This document shows positions 37,718 to 46,883 of a stretch of 64,000 bases of DNA, piece after piece. Every line of letters starts with the position of its first letter. Position 1 is the stretch's first letter. The DNA lies in IMG/VR virus record IMGVR_UViG_3300020037_004820; one strand, 5' to 3'. This DNA is from a virus. Taxonomy: Duplodnaviria > Caudoviricetes. The notes beneath the pieces were generated by a model. The model searched no databases and had not been told where the DNA came from. It saw nothing but the letters and a program-made list of their open reading frames with translations. Made by a program: the position numbers and the translations under genes.

Positions 37718-37903
37718 ATGAGTAATCTATCTAATCAAGAATTTACAGTTATTACAGATAATATAAAAGAAGCACAGGATGCTTTAGCATATATTGTTAA
37801 ATATGGTATATCAACAGGTGGAGAAGAAAGCTATAATGCGTTGCATCTAGCACAGATAGAAAAGAATCTATCTATATTGTTAGATTGGATAAATAAAATA
37901 TGA
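37718..37903 (+). CDS. Hypothetical protein
   Basis: AAGGAG SD. Confidence 0.55.
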   Translation: MSNLSNQEFTVITDNIKEAQDALAYIVKYGISTGGEESYNALHLAQIEKNLSILLDWINKI

Positions 37904-38526
37904 AAACAAAAGACTTAATAAAGCTTTTACAAGAAGCTGATCCAGAAGGTGAAACAGAATGTTGTATAGGTAATGCAGATATACATTTTGTGGAAAAATT
38001 ACCTGCTTATTATGATGGAACGTTGCAGGTTCTACTAAGGGATCATTCCAAAGATCCTTATTACAATATATGCGGAGCCAAATATACTTCACAAGGATCT
38101 AAGATACAAATCAGATCCTTATCCATAACAGATGCAATTGCCAATGATAAAGAATTGCCAATTGATTATTCTGAAATGGGCAATAAAGATAAAGCAAAAG
38201 CTTATGAAGAAGCAAACAATAGAACAAGACAAGCTGAAGCTGATATAGAAAACAATGTCGAGCTTTGGTTATTTACCGAATGGGCAAAGCAACAAGCCCA
38301 CGACATAGCAGGCGATATTGATACATTAGCAGAGAATGCCTCAGCATATTACCATAATAACCTTAAGCGTTCCGATCCAATACCAAAGGACATTTCGGAA
38401 CAAACCAAAGAAGATAAATATGGAAAATCATCTCTTTCGTATAGAGATATGAGATTCATGCAATGGACTGGATCAATCAATCTAGAATTCGATGGTTTTG
38501 ATTGGAAACTATCTAAAAAGGAATAA
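37900..38526 (+). CDS. Hypothetical protein
   Basis: 208-aa ORF. Confidence 0.7.
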   Translation: MKTKDLIKLLQEADPEGETECCIGNADIHFVEKLPAYYDGTLQVLLRDHSKDPYYNICGAKYTSQGSKIQIRSLSITDAIANDKELPIDYSEMGNKDKAKAYEEANNRTRQAEADIENNVELWLFTEWAKQQAHDIAGDIDTLAENASAYYHNNLKRSDPIPKDISEQTKEDKYGKSSLSYRDMRFMQWTGSINLEFDGFDWKLSKKE

Positions 38527-38527
38527 T

Positions 38528-38857
38528 ATGTCATACACATTAGAAATAACATTCTATGATGATCTGAATACTCTATCAGATATATGTAAAGAGTTACTCA
38601 TAACTCTTCCAGTAGAACAAGTCTTTGATCAATTACCTATCAATCTAAAATGTCTTGTTGCAATGTATGGATCAAGCGATTCTGTATTTAGAGATGAAGT
38701 ATACATATATCTCATCAAATTATATGGTATTCCGGTAAAAGACACAGAAGAATATAAAAAGATACTGAATACAGTATCTCCACCTATTATGCCTTATATA
38801 GCAGCCGATGATATAGATGATGGATCAGTTGAATGGTACTTAAGGAGCTTAACTTAA
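38528..38857 (+). CDS. Hypothetical protein
   Basis: AAGGA SD. Confidence 0.6.
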   Translation: MSYTLEITFYDDLNTLSDICKELLITLPVEQVFDQLPINLKCLVAMYGSSDSVFRDEVYIYLIKLYGIPVKDTEEYKKILNTVSPPIMPYIAADDIDDGSVEWYLRSLT

Positions 38858-38902
38858 AGAAGTATCAAATAACTCATTCATAATCACTGAAGATAACAAA
38901 GA

Positions 38903-39142
38903 ATGAAAACATATAAACTAAGAATCAAACTAAACGAATATGGACATGACTACTGTCATCATGTTCAAAGAAAATATTTCAACCTTATTTGGTTTAGAAT
39001 ATCTGTAAACATATCATCCATTAGAGAATGTCAAGAATTTATCAATAGATATCCAACAGATATGGATAATGAAAGAAAAGAAAAGAAACATAGAAAATAT
39101 ATTCAAAGAACACAAAAGATATCATTAGGAACTAAAACATGA
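38903..39142 (+). CDS. Hypothetical protein (YxxQxK..W family)
   Basis: HHVQRKYFNLIW. Confidence 0.55.
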   Translation: MKTYKLRIKLNEYGHDYCHHVQRKYFNLIWFRISVNISSIRECQEFINRYPTDMDNERKEKKHRKYIQRTQKISLGTKT

Positions 39143-39342
39143 ATATAGATGATATAATCTTAGAAAAAGATCTAACTTATGATCAAGGAAAAGAAAGACA
39201 ACTTAGATGGAAAATAACTCTATCTAAAGAACCTTCATATTATGGTATGCCCATAAAAGATATATCAGATACTGATCTACTCAATTGGTTATCTATGAAC
39301 TTCACTATCATTAGAAAAATATCCTCAATTCAAGAGATATAA
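39139..39342 (+). CDS. Small protein consisting mostly of the shared 'LxWLxxxF' segment
   Basis: ISDTDLLNWLSMNFTIIRK. Confidence 0.6.
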   Translation: MNIDDIILEKDLTYDQGKERQLRWKITLSKEPSYYGMPIKDISDTDLLNWLSMNFTIIRKISSIQEI

Positions 39343-39344
39343 TA

Positions 39345-39569
39345 ATGGAACAATTTACAATTGGGGAACTTGTTTCTTTCTTCTTTAGAGAAGGTGATCT
39401 ACAAAAACGATTAGACTTTATCGAGGAACACTATAAAGATAAATCTCCTCTCAAAAAAGATATGCTTATATCCTATATAACAAAGCTATACGAAATACAT
39501 AATAGCTGGTATACAACAAGAGATAAAGCTCAAGCAATTTTAGAAGAATTCAATAAAGAAGAGATATAA
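39345..39569 (+). CDS. Hypothetical protein
   Basis: ORF in run. Confidence 0.55.
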   Translation: MEQFTIGELVSFFFREGDLQKRLDFIEEHYKDKSPLKKDMLISYITKLYEIHNSWYTTRDKAQAILEEFNKEEI

Positions 39570-39814
39570 CACTATCCCATACGCATTTGGAACATATCCA
39601 ATATTGAGCCCAATCACTATCTATGATCAACTCTATAACATTTGTACAATATATAGCAAATGCACAATCTAAGCACTCTGTAAACCATATGGAGAGAGTT
39701 GTTTAAAAGATTACCAATATTATGAAGCGTCAAACCCGCTCAATATTTAACAATATGTTTAAAAGTTGAACAATTCTGAACAGATAATTATAGCGGAACA
39801 TTAATGCAAAATAA

Positions 39815-40108
39815 GTGAAACAAAAGATGGAACATTACAGACTAGATAATAGAATCATCTATAGTAAAAGTAGTAGACCTCAATCATTTAAAGATAAAGA
39901 AGTTAGATATGAATTGCGGAGAACTACTATAAAAGGCTATTCAGGACTTATTTATGGTTTTCATTTATCTTATAGAGAACCAACTGATCGATGGTGGCAA
40001 ACGTTCCTTTGTTGGAAAATATATGATACAGATGATGCAGCCTATAAAGATTATGTTGATTCAGTAATAAAAAAACTTATTGACAAACTAAACAATGTAC
40101 CTATTTAG
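39815..40108 (+). CDS. Hypothetical protein
   Basis: ORF. Confidence 0.5.
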   Translation: MKQKMEHYRLDNRIIYSKSSRPQSFKDKEVRYELRRTTIKGYSGLIYGFHLSYREPTDRWWQTFLCWKIYDTDDAAYKDYVDSVIKKLIDKLNNVPI

Positions 40109-40228
40109 GATGTAATAGAACGAGAATTAACATGCTCCCGCAATCAATAAGTCGGATTTACAGTGATGAATCTCTTGAACTAAAACAACACAATACTCTT
40201 TGACATTCTGTTCCAAAACGCTTCACTA

Positions 40229-40567
40229 ATGTTAGAAGCATTTTCCTGTTTAAACTCTATGAAACATTCTATTGGACAACACTTATACATCCTTCAAAAC
40301 TCTTTAACTAAAGATATTAAAATAGGTAGATCTAATGATCCTTATATTAGATTAGATCAATTACAAACTGCTAATTCTAATAAATTAAGAATGTTAATCA
40401 TTTTAACTAATCAAGGATTAAGAGAAAAAACATTACATAAACTATTAAGGAAATATAATAAGAATGGAGAATGGTTCTCCGAAGCAGCTTTACCAGAATT
40501 ACCAATTGATATTTATGAGCAATTTGATCTTGATCAACTCTTAGGAGTTAAGATTAGTTTGAACTAA
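40229..40567 (+). CDS. T5orf172/MUG113 (GIY-YIG-like) domain protein
   Basis: LYILQ..IKIGRSNDP..RL..LQTAN..EKTLH..GEWF. Confidence 0.85.
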   Translation: MLEAFSCLNSMKHSIGQHLYILQNSLTKDIKIGRSNDPYIRLDQLQTANSNKLRMLIILTNQGLREKTLHKLLRKYNKNGEWFSEAALPELPIDIYEQFDLDQLLGVKISLN

Positions 40568-40655
40568 ACAGACTCTCCTCTTCTGTGTCTATACAGTTTA
40601 GTATCTGTATATCTATGTCTCACACAGAACAGTCTGTTTAGGGACTGTTCTGATT

Positions 40656-40690
40656 AAAAAGAGATTGACCAGCCTTGCGGCTGGTCAATC
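40656..40690 (-). terminator. Strong terminator ending the minus-strand cassette module
   Basis: GATTGACCAGCC-GCAA-GGCTGGTCAATC-TCTTTTT on - strand. Confidence 0.85.
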
Positions 40691-40693
40691 ATA

Positions 40694-40858
40694 TTACTTC
40701 TTCTCCTTATTCAAATAACCGTTCAAAGTTTTCTCTTTGATCGATTTGTACATACTATCAGGCACTTTCATCGTCAGTTCCCCATCGAAACCAAAGATGT
40801 ATGCTTTATCATTAACAGTATCGATCACGAGCAGATCAACAAACTTGTTCTCAGCCAT
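40694..40858 (-). CDS. Cassette gene 15, 54-aa hypothetical protein (not in ORF track)
   Basis: AAGGAG SD; MAENKFVDLLVIDTVNDKAYIFGFDG... Confidence 0.7.
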   Translation of the reverse strand: MAENKFVDLLVIDTVNDKAYIFGFDGELTMKVPDSMYKSIKEKTLNGYLNKEKK

Positions 40859-40923
40859 GATAACTCCTTGTGGGCAGGATTGCCTTAAAAAGAAAGCGAG
40901 CCCACCTTTCGGTGGGCGTTTGC

Positions 40924-41235
40924 TTAGCTCTTATCTTTACGATTGTCTTTGGTCCCAGAAGGACCGTTCGTATAGACCAGCATATTCTTGAAGACAGTGG
41001 ATCGATATGCAGAGAACTTCTCTGTATGCAACCATGCGCCTCCAGTTGAATCGATCCTCATCATCGGTCGTTCGAAATGAACCAGATCAGGAAAGCGATC
41101 CCCACGAGTGAGATCCTCTATCTTGACGATGATTGCAGATTCGAATGCACCAGTAAAGGTTTTCACAACGTCACCGACGCTGATTTCATCCATACTGATG
41201 TAATTACGATAGATCGAGGGAATGTTGTCGTCCAC
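40924..41235 (-). CDS. Cassette gene 14, hypothetical protein
   Basis: GGAGG SD, GTG start. Confidence 0.75.
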   Translation of the reverse strand: MDDNIPSIYRNYISMDEISVGDVVKTFTGAFESAIIVKIEDLTRGDRFPDLVHFERPMMRIDSTGGAWLHTEKFSAYRSTVFKNMLVYTNGPSGTKDNRKDKS

Positions 41236-41308
41236 GATAAACCTCCATAGGGATTGAATATCCCTTAAAAAAAAGAAACAGCCCCAGCTTTCGCTGGGGC
41301 AATCTCCA

Positions 41309-41560
41309 TTATGCTAAACGGCGTCTCATGTGCATATTTCTCAGCTCTCTGAGATCCAAAGCGATACGAGCAGAAGCGAGAACTTCGATAGGCTTGCGAC
41401 CTTGCTTCACAAGATCATAACAAGCCTTGACATGCCAATGGTCCATGATAGGGATATAAACCCCTTGATCCGGCTCAGGACAGTCTTTTGACTGAGATTT
41501 CTCCCAATCAATTACCATGAACTCGCCGTTGACCACTGCTAAAAAGTCACAGGTGAACAT
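41309..41560 (-). CDS. Cassette gene 13, hypothetical protein
   Basis: GGAGG SD before MFTCDF. Confidence 0.7.
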   Translation of the reverse strand: MFTCDFLAVVNGEFMVIDWEKSQSKDCPEPDQGVYIPIMDHWHVKACYDLVKQGRKPIEVLASARIALDLRELRNMHMRRRLA

Positions 41561-41831
41561 TGTTCCTCCGGTCGAGAATATCTTGAATAACCTGAAGACG
41601 CTCATGATCGTCGAGGTCAATTCCTTTGCGATCCATTTCATGACAGAGTTCTTCGAGAAGTTCTTCTGCATCATATGGATAATCTGTTGTAAGCAGCTTA
41701 CTTTTCTCTATAAGCTGCTCGATGTCCCAAGCCTTTTGTAGATAGCTTTCACCATCTGCATCTGCTTTGGCATCGTTGAACTCTTCGTCGCAGGAACTGC
41801 CATCTTCGTAAGCGCCATAATCAGTGCGCAT
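41547..41831 (-). CDS. Cassette gene 12, highly acidic small protein
   Basis: GGAGG SD; D/E-rich. Confidence 0.75.
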   Translation of the reverse strand: MRTDYGAYEDGSSCDEEFNDAKADADGESYLQKAWDIEQLIEKSKLLTTDYPYDAEELLEELCHEMDRKGIDLDDHERLQVIQDILDRRNNVHL

Positions 41832-41884
41832 AATGCACCTCCATTAAACAACAAAGCGAGCCCACCTTTCGGTGGGCGTTTGCT

Positions 41885-42151
41885 TTACAGTTGCTTATGT
41901 GACGCCGAAGCCATCGAAGTCTGCTCCATCACATAAGCTATTATCAGGTTCTTGACTGCTTCTCGTTGTGTTCTACCGGAAACAGAACGCCCCCTCCAGT
42001 TATCCCCACCCGGAGAAGGAGGAGGAATATGGAAGGATGCACGCCATTCGATCAGCGGATTGGATTCGCTGCGAAAGTTGTGCTTCTCCACAACTGCCTG
42101 ATACTTGATGTTGCAGATGTGAAAAGTAACAAGCTGCTCGAACTTGAACAT
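41885..42151 (-). CDS. Cassette gene 11, hypothetical protein
   Basis: GGAGG SD before MFKFEQ. Confidence 0.7.
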   Translation of the reverse strand: MFKFEQLVTFHICNIKYQAVVEKHNFRSESNPLIEWRASFHIPPPSPGGDNWRGRSVSGRTQREAVKNLIIAYVMEQTSMASASHKQL

Positions 42152-42227
42152 AATAACCTCCAGTTGGGATGAGATATCCCTTAAAAAGAAAACCCTCCCG
42201 TCTTTCGACGGGAGGATTCTCAATTGA

Positions 42228-43460
42228 TTAGGCTACCAAGCTGAGAACCTTCTGGAAGGCGTCTTGCTTGCCCTTGATGTTGGTATCGAGGAGCAGCCCG
42301 TTCATGTAACGCTTCTCTTCTTCGAGACGCGGGTTCTTGTCCAATCCGTTCACCTGAGCGAAGTGATCGGTCTGAGCCGTCCATCCGCACCAGAGATCGA
42401 ACAAGGTTTCGCAGTTCTTGCCACCACCAAGATCGTCGTTGTAGACGGCCTTGGTCAGAACTGCATCCAGCATGTTCGTCGCTCGGGTAAGACCAGTTTT
42501 GGTCTTGCCGCTCATGTCCAGATCCATCTGGTCGATGACGAACTGCTTGATAATCGCATCACGCTTGTTCTGCGTTTCTGCGATCTTGGTCGATGCCATC
42601 TTCTTGAACACCTCCAGAATCTCCAAAGATCCCACGAGAACATTCGAGAAGCCAGCATGCCATTCTGCCAGGCGAGTAGTGAACATTGCAGTCCGGCGAG
42701 GACCACGCTGACGCATTTTCTCCAATCCCGTGAGCTTACCCCATCCTTCATGGTGAGCATGCGCCATCGTGTTTTCACACACGATGCGAATGATGGTGAG
42801 ATAGAAACTTCCCACCTTGCTACCATCCAACGGGCTGATCACGGTCAGATAAACGCGATGCTTATCCCCACCACGCGGCTCGAACTCACCAAGCAGATAT
42901 TGCACGGAAACAACTCGACCGTCGGACCAGCAATTGCAGCCAGCCGGGGTAACGAGATTGTTCACGGCAATTTCTACTTCATTGATCTCAACATTGGGAT
43001 GCTGACTCTGGAGGAAGTCCAAGACTGCTTTCTGTTCCGCGAAATCGCTGGCCTTGATCGTCACCTCATCGGGGATGATCACGACCTCACGATGCGGATT
43101 GGTTGCATAACTTGCACCCACACCGACCTGAAGCGTAACATCCGGTCGATCCGCTCGAAGCAGATTGTACTGCTTCGGATTGGACTCGATGAAGGTGTTA
43201 TCAGGGAGTTTCGTTCCGGTCAAGCCTTTGATCACATCGAAGTCAGCGCCTGCGCCTCGAACGATGGGAAGCATGGTCGGTGAGAACTCCTTGAGTGAGG
43301 CGCAATTGCTTGCATCCCACCAGCTCGGTTCACTACCCTTGTTGAAACAATGCGAGTTGCCAGCCGGGTCATACGCAAGACGACCGTTATCGGGACCAAC
43401 GCCCTTATCCGAATCCATCTTGGGAGCATTCGCCTGAGCAATCTTCGCGAGAATCGACAT
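42228..43460 (-). CDS. Cassette gene 10, DUF932-family protein
   Basis: SPLDGS..IRIVCENT signature; C-terminal TLFDLWCGWT..DH; AGGAGG SD. Confidence 0.75.
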   Translation of the reverse strand: MSILAKIAQANAPKMDSDKGVGPDNGRLAYDPAGNSHCFNKGSEPSWWDASNCASLKEFSPTMLPIVRGAGADFDVIKGLTGTKLPDNTFIESNPKQYNLLRADRPDVTLQVGVGASYATNPHREVVIIPDEVTIKASDFAEQKAVLDFLQSQHPNVEINEVEIAVNNLVTPAGCNCWSDGRVVSVQYLLGEFEPRGGDKHRVYLTVISPLDGSKVGSFYLTIIRIVCENTMAHAHHEGWGKLTGLEKMRQRGPRRTAMFTTRLAEWHAGFSNVLVGSLEILEVFKKMASTKIAETQNKRDAIIKQFVIDQMDLDMSGKTKTGLTRATNMLDAVLTKAVYNDDLGGGKNCETLFDLWCGWTAQTDHFAQVNGLDKNPRLEEEKRYMNGLLLDTNIKGKQDAFQKVLSLVA

Positions 43461-43560
43461 AGAAACCTCCTATAAAGACACCATGGAATAGTATCCTACT
43501 CACCCTGAGCGGGATATCAAGACACAAAAAAGTGTGCCCCTCCGAAGAGGGGCAGAGACT

Positions 43561-43713
43561 TTAGAACTTACTGCTTATGCGATTCGTCACGTTTTTGGCG
43601 TAACGATCAGACTGAGCAGGTTGTTCCATCTTTTTGGCAGGAGGAGCAGGTTGCGGAGGAACATACCTATCGTAATAGTTCTGCCTCCAATATCTTTCTG
43701 AATAATAATCCAT
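43561..43713 (-). CDS. Cassette gene 9, 50-aa protein (not in ORF track)
   Basis: GGAG SD; MDYYSERYWRQNYYDRYVPPQPAPP... Confidence 0.55.
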   Translation of the reverse strand: MDYYSERYWRQNYYDRYVPPQPAPPAKKMEQPAQSDRYAKNVTNRISSKF

Positions 43714-43715
43714 GA

Positions 43716-44051
43716 TCACAACTCCAACAAGCGAACATTGCCGACCGATCCATCATCCTGCTTAGACCAGCGTTCGGCACGTTTCTTGCCTGAACTGATC
43801 TGAACAACATTATCTGGAACGGTGTACATTCCTTCATCGCCGATTGACGCGCGCTTCGGAGCATTACGGTTCAGAAGATCTGAGAGCTTCAAACCGTAGA
43901 ACTTGAGCACGCGCAACGGTGGAAGGAACGACTGTTGCATTTCCGCGTTGGCGTTGCTGATCTGACCAAGTAGCTCAGAGGACTTCACGATATACTGTTC
44001 AGTGATATCGCTCCATTCTTTGAGAACTTTGAGATCCTTATCTGTTGACAT
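43716..44051 (-). CDS. Cassette gene 8, hypothetical protein
   Basis: AGGAG SD. Confidence 0.75.
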   Translation of the reverse strand: MSTDKDLKVLKEWSDITEQYIVKSSELLGQISNANAEMQQSFLPPLRVLKFYGLKLSDLLNRNAPKRASIGDEGMYTVPDNVVQISSGKKRAERWSKQDDGSVGNVRLLEL

Positions 44052-44128
44052 GAGAACTCCTATATAGGCAGGATTGCCTTAAAAAAGAAACTGCTCCTGC
44101 TTTCGCAGGAGCAATCTCGGTCAGTTGG

Positions 44129-44389
44129 TTAGGCGATACGCTTGATCACAGCCGTATGTCGCACACCTTCTTTGATGATGAAGAAGGGCTTGGTCGCTTT
44201 GTACAGCGTCACAGTTGCGAACAGTTTGAATTCGGGAGCGAACTCCACGAATCGGTCATGGTCGAGCAGAAGTGGAGGAAGTTCCTCACCTTTACGGGTG
44301 TGCGGTCCTTTCTCACCGCTGGCGGTAACCATCGGCCAGAGACGGACCTGGAACATCTTGCCAGCATTCGGATTCGATTCGATCTCCAT
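44129..44389 (-). CDS. Cassette gene 7, hypothetical protein
   Basis: GAGG SD before MEIESN. Confidence 0.75.
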   Translation of the reverse strand: MEIESNPNAGKMFQVRLWPMVTASGEKGPHTRKGEELPPLLLDHDRFVEFAPEFKLFATVTLYKATKPFFIIKEGVRHTAVIKRIA

Positions 44390-44468
44390 GATAAACCTCA
44401 CATAAGGACGGGATTGTCCCTTAAAAAGAAAACCCTCCCGTCCGAAGACGGGAGGATTCCCAGGTTAT

Positions 44469-44804
44469 TTATCCAGCAAACTCTTCGACAGGAGCGACCT
44501 TGACCCAGAGAATCTGAGCAAAGTCTCTCTCTTCGCGGCACACCTCGGCAGCCTGCTTTGCAGAGAAGTAAACCAGCTTGGTCAGCGTGTCACGTCCTTT
44601 CTGCACAGGAACTTCCTCGAAGCAGCGATCCAAGCTCTCGATGCTCGGCTTGTTGACGTGATTGGGAAATTCACGCTCACCTCGCGTCGGAACACGCTTG
44701 TTCGTCCTGAGCTGATTGTGCACATACTCCAGATCATGGTTATCCAGGGCAGTGGCTTCGGCTTCCGAACGAACGAGAGTGATCGCGTAATCGACATTCG
44801 ACAT
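44469..44804 (-). CDS. Cassette gene 6, hypothetical protein
   Basis: AGGAG SD. Confidence 0.75.
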   Translation of the reverse strand: MSNVDYAITLVRSEAEATALDNHDLEYVHNQLRTNKRVPTRGEREFPNHVNKPSIESLDRCFEEVPVQKGRDTLTKLVYFSAKQAAEVCREERDFAQILWVKVAPVEEFAG

Positions 44805-44891
44805 GATAGACTCCTAACTCAGTTTGGGGACGAAATTATCCCTTAAAAAAGAAACAGCCCCAGCCGAAGCTGGGGTGTTCCATTCACTTAC

Positions 44892-45233
44892 TTAGCTCTT
44901 CTTGGCACGGGCCAATGCCTGCGAAGAACGAACCACCGCGTTGTGGAACGATTCTGTACAGGTTCCGTAGAAGAATCGTTCCCAATTCCTCAACGTCGCC
45001 TCTGAATAACCCGTATCTTTTGCAGCAGCTTGCGACGAGAAACCATTCGCCTTATTCAAGCGAAAGAGCTCGACGTTGACACGACGTTGAAGATTGCACA
45101 CATCGTTCGAATAGTCGTTGTCAGCTCGACCACGACCGATGCGCTTAAATCCCGTAACGTCATGCGTCTCGAACGGCGCATCTTCATTCTGGAGGATGGC
45201 GCGAAGGTTCGAACGATTGCTGGGCTTGGACAT
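44892..45233 (-). CDS. Cassette gene 5, putative HTH DNA-binding protein
   Basis: SQAAAKDTGYSEATLRNWE HTH-like; GGAG SD. Confidence 0.65.
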   Translation of the reverse strand: MSKPSNRSNLRAILQNEDAPFETHDVTGFKRIGRGRADNDYSNDVCNLQRRVNVELFRLNKANGFSSQAAAKDTGYSEATLRNWERFFYGTCTESFHNAVVRSSQALARAKKS

Positions 45234-45311
45234 GAAAAACTCCATTGCATAAGATGAGCGACATGCTCACAAAAAAGCAACCCCAGCCGAAGCTGGGGCG
45301 CTTATTGAGGA

Positions 45312-45776
45312 TTAGGCGAGACACTTCACATAAAGTGTCGTCCTCCAAACTACTCTCTCACTGTTCTGAATGTCTCTTTCGAAGTGTTGAATATCGCCGA
45401 AGCGCATCAACTTGCAGACTTCCAAGAGAGACGGCCACCGCTGGCTGATCCACTTTTCGTCCACGTTCTCTTCACAGAGAAGCGGTGCAGTATCAATGTA
45501 CTGCACCACCTTATCCCGACTAACCTGTTCGGGTTTGGCAGCGTAGAAGGCCCATCGCCGACTGTACAAGCCACCATTGGCGGGAAACATTTCACTGACC
45601 GTTTCCAGACTCGCTTCGGGTCGGATATACCGATCCTCCTTCGCGAGCGAGAAGCGAAGCTCCTTCTGAGTCTTGTTCTTGCCAGAACCGGCAGCTTTCG
45701 CAGCCTTCTTAGCACGACGGACTTCAGTTGCGGCAGCTTCACGAGTCGCGATGTCAACCGAACCACCCTTAGCCAT
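45312..45776 (-). CDS. Cassette gene 4, hypothetical protein with Ala/Lys-rich N-terminus
   Basis: AGGAG SD. Confidence 0.75.
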   Translation of the reverse strand: MAKGGSVDIATREAAATEVRRAKKAAKAAGSGKNKTQKELRFSLAKEDRYIRPEASLETVSEMFPANGGLYSRRWAFYAAKPEQVSRDKVVQYIDTAPLLCEENVDEKWISQRWPSLLEVCKLMRFGDIQHFERDIQNSERVVWRTTLYVKCLA

Positions 45777-45848
45777 ATTCATTCTCCTAGCAGATTGGGG
45801 CTTGATTGCCCACAAAAAAGCGTGCCCCTCCGAAGAGGGGCGATTGCT

Positions 45849-46094
45849 TTATACTTTCACGATGCCGAGCGGAGTTGCTGCCATCGTCAGAGCCATTTGT
45901 GCAGCGCTCTGATAACCGCGAACGATTTGAGCACGAACCTGCACGCCCATGCCGAGTTGCATCCCATCGATATCATCCATCGCGATGTCAATGAGTTCAT
46001 CGGCCTGCGCTTTGTTCTGAGTCGAGAACTGATAGATATAGTTCCCGAGGTTGAACGCGAGGTCAGCGATCACCTTGTCTTTCGGATCACCCAT
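45849..46094 (-). CDS. Cassette gene 3, hypothetical protein
   Basis: AGGAG SD before MGDPKD. Confidence 0.7.
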   Translation of the reverse strand: MGDPKDKVIADLAFNLGNYIYQFSTQNKAQADELIDIAMDDIDGMQLGMGVQVRAQIVRGYQSAAQMALTMAATPLGIVKV

Positions 46095-46168
46095 GAGAAT
46101 TCTCCTGTTGTGTGCATGATTGCACAAAAAAGTTGCCCACTCCGAAGAGTGGGCAGAGACTTTAGTTG

Positions 46169-46402
46169 TTAGGCTTCGATCACATCCCAACCCTTCGGAG
46201 CACGAAGGTCAGTGATATCGCTCATGCTCGCAGGAACATCCTGAATTCCCAACGAAACCTTTCCCGACGGGAAGTGAGCCAGCGCCTTGCTGATCGCGAT
46301 GTCATCCTTTTGCTCGGAAAAGTAGAATTCCTGATCGCCACAGGTCGCGACGAAACGGGTGAATTCAGCGCCGAGGACAGTGACCTTGCTATTGTTCGAC
46401 AT
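46169..46402 (-). CDS. Cassette gene 2, hypothetical protein
   Basis: AAGGA SD. Confidence 0.7.
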   Translation of the reverse strand: MSNNSKVTVLGAEFTRFVATCGDQEFYFSEQKDDIAISKALAHFPSGKVSLGIQDVPASMSDITDLRAPKGWDVIEA

Positions 46403-46479
46403 GATAGATTCCTTACTGATAGAGGAACGAAATTGTTCCTTAAAAAAGAAAGCTGCCCCGCTTTCGCGGGGCGCTTCTC

Positions 46480-46881
46480 TCAGGCAGACTGACGTTGATC
46501 GAACGTATCCAATTCAATCTCACGTTGCATGCCCGCTTCGTAAAGCTCATCGTGCATCGCATTCAGCTCATCGTCCAACTCGTCCCGCTTACGCTGGAGA
46601 GTACGGATATGGCTATAGATATCTGCACGAAGCTGTTCATAGCGACGCTCGATATCATCCCGTGCCTTACCCACGGTGAACGCATTGTACAACTCACGCT
46701 CAGTAACATTCATATCACTGAGCTGTTCCTTCACCACGTTCGAGAGATCCTTTCGATGGGACCGCCAAAACTGGCGACGGATGAAGCGCATGATGCCAGG
46801 TTTGCAATCCCGCGAATGCGGGCGCATATACTTGACCTCACTTGCCCACTTGCTCACCTTGATCAAGGTGACCTTATGCAT
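46480..46881 (-). CDS. Cassette gene 1, basic N-terminus plus coiled coil
   Basis: AGGAAGGGAG upstream of MHKVTL. Confidence 0.7.
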   Translation of the reverse strand: MHKVTLIKVSKWASEVKYMRPHSRDCKPGIMRFIRRQFWRSHRKDLSNVVKEQLSDMNVTERELYNAFTVGKARDDIERRYEQLRADIYSHIRTLQRKRDELDDELNAMHDELYEAGMQREIELDTFDQRQSA

Positions 46882-46883
46882 CG

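Larger units (their letters stand above)
40859..46479 (-). repeat. 12 dispersed intergenic two-hairpin elements (tetraloop hairpin, U-tract, small hairpin, SD)
   Basis: Copies at 40859-40923, 41236-41308, 41832-41884, 42152-42227, 43461-43560, 44052-44128, 44390-44468, 44805-44891, 45234-45311, 45777-45848, 46095-46168, 46403-46479. Confidence 0.9.

Noticed and set aside
42264-43283. 339-aa + strand ORF (also 45384-46172 and 46495-47016)
   Set aside because: Antisense shadows of SD-bearing minus-strand genes in a GC-richer region; no SD or motifs.
40859-46479. CRISPR array or integron attC interpretation of the repeats
   Set aside because: Intervening segments are whole genes of variable length; repeats vary in sequence; no consistent RYYYAAC/GTTRRRY ends; no cas or integrase gene in the window.
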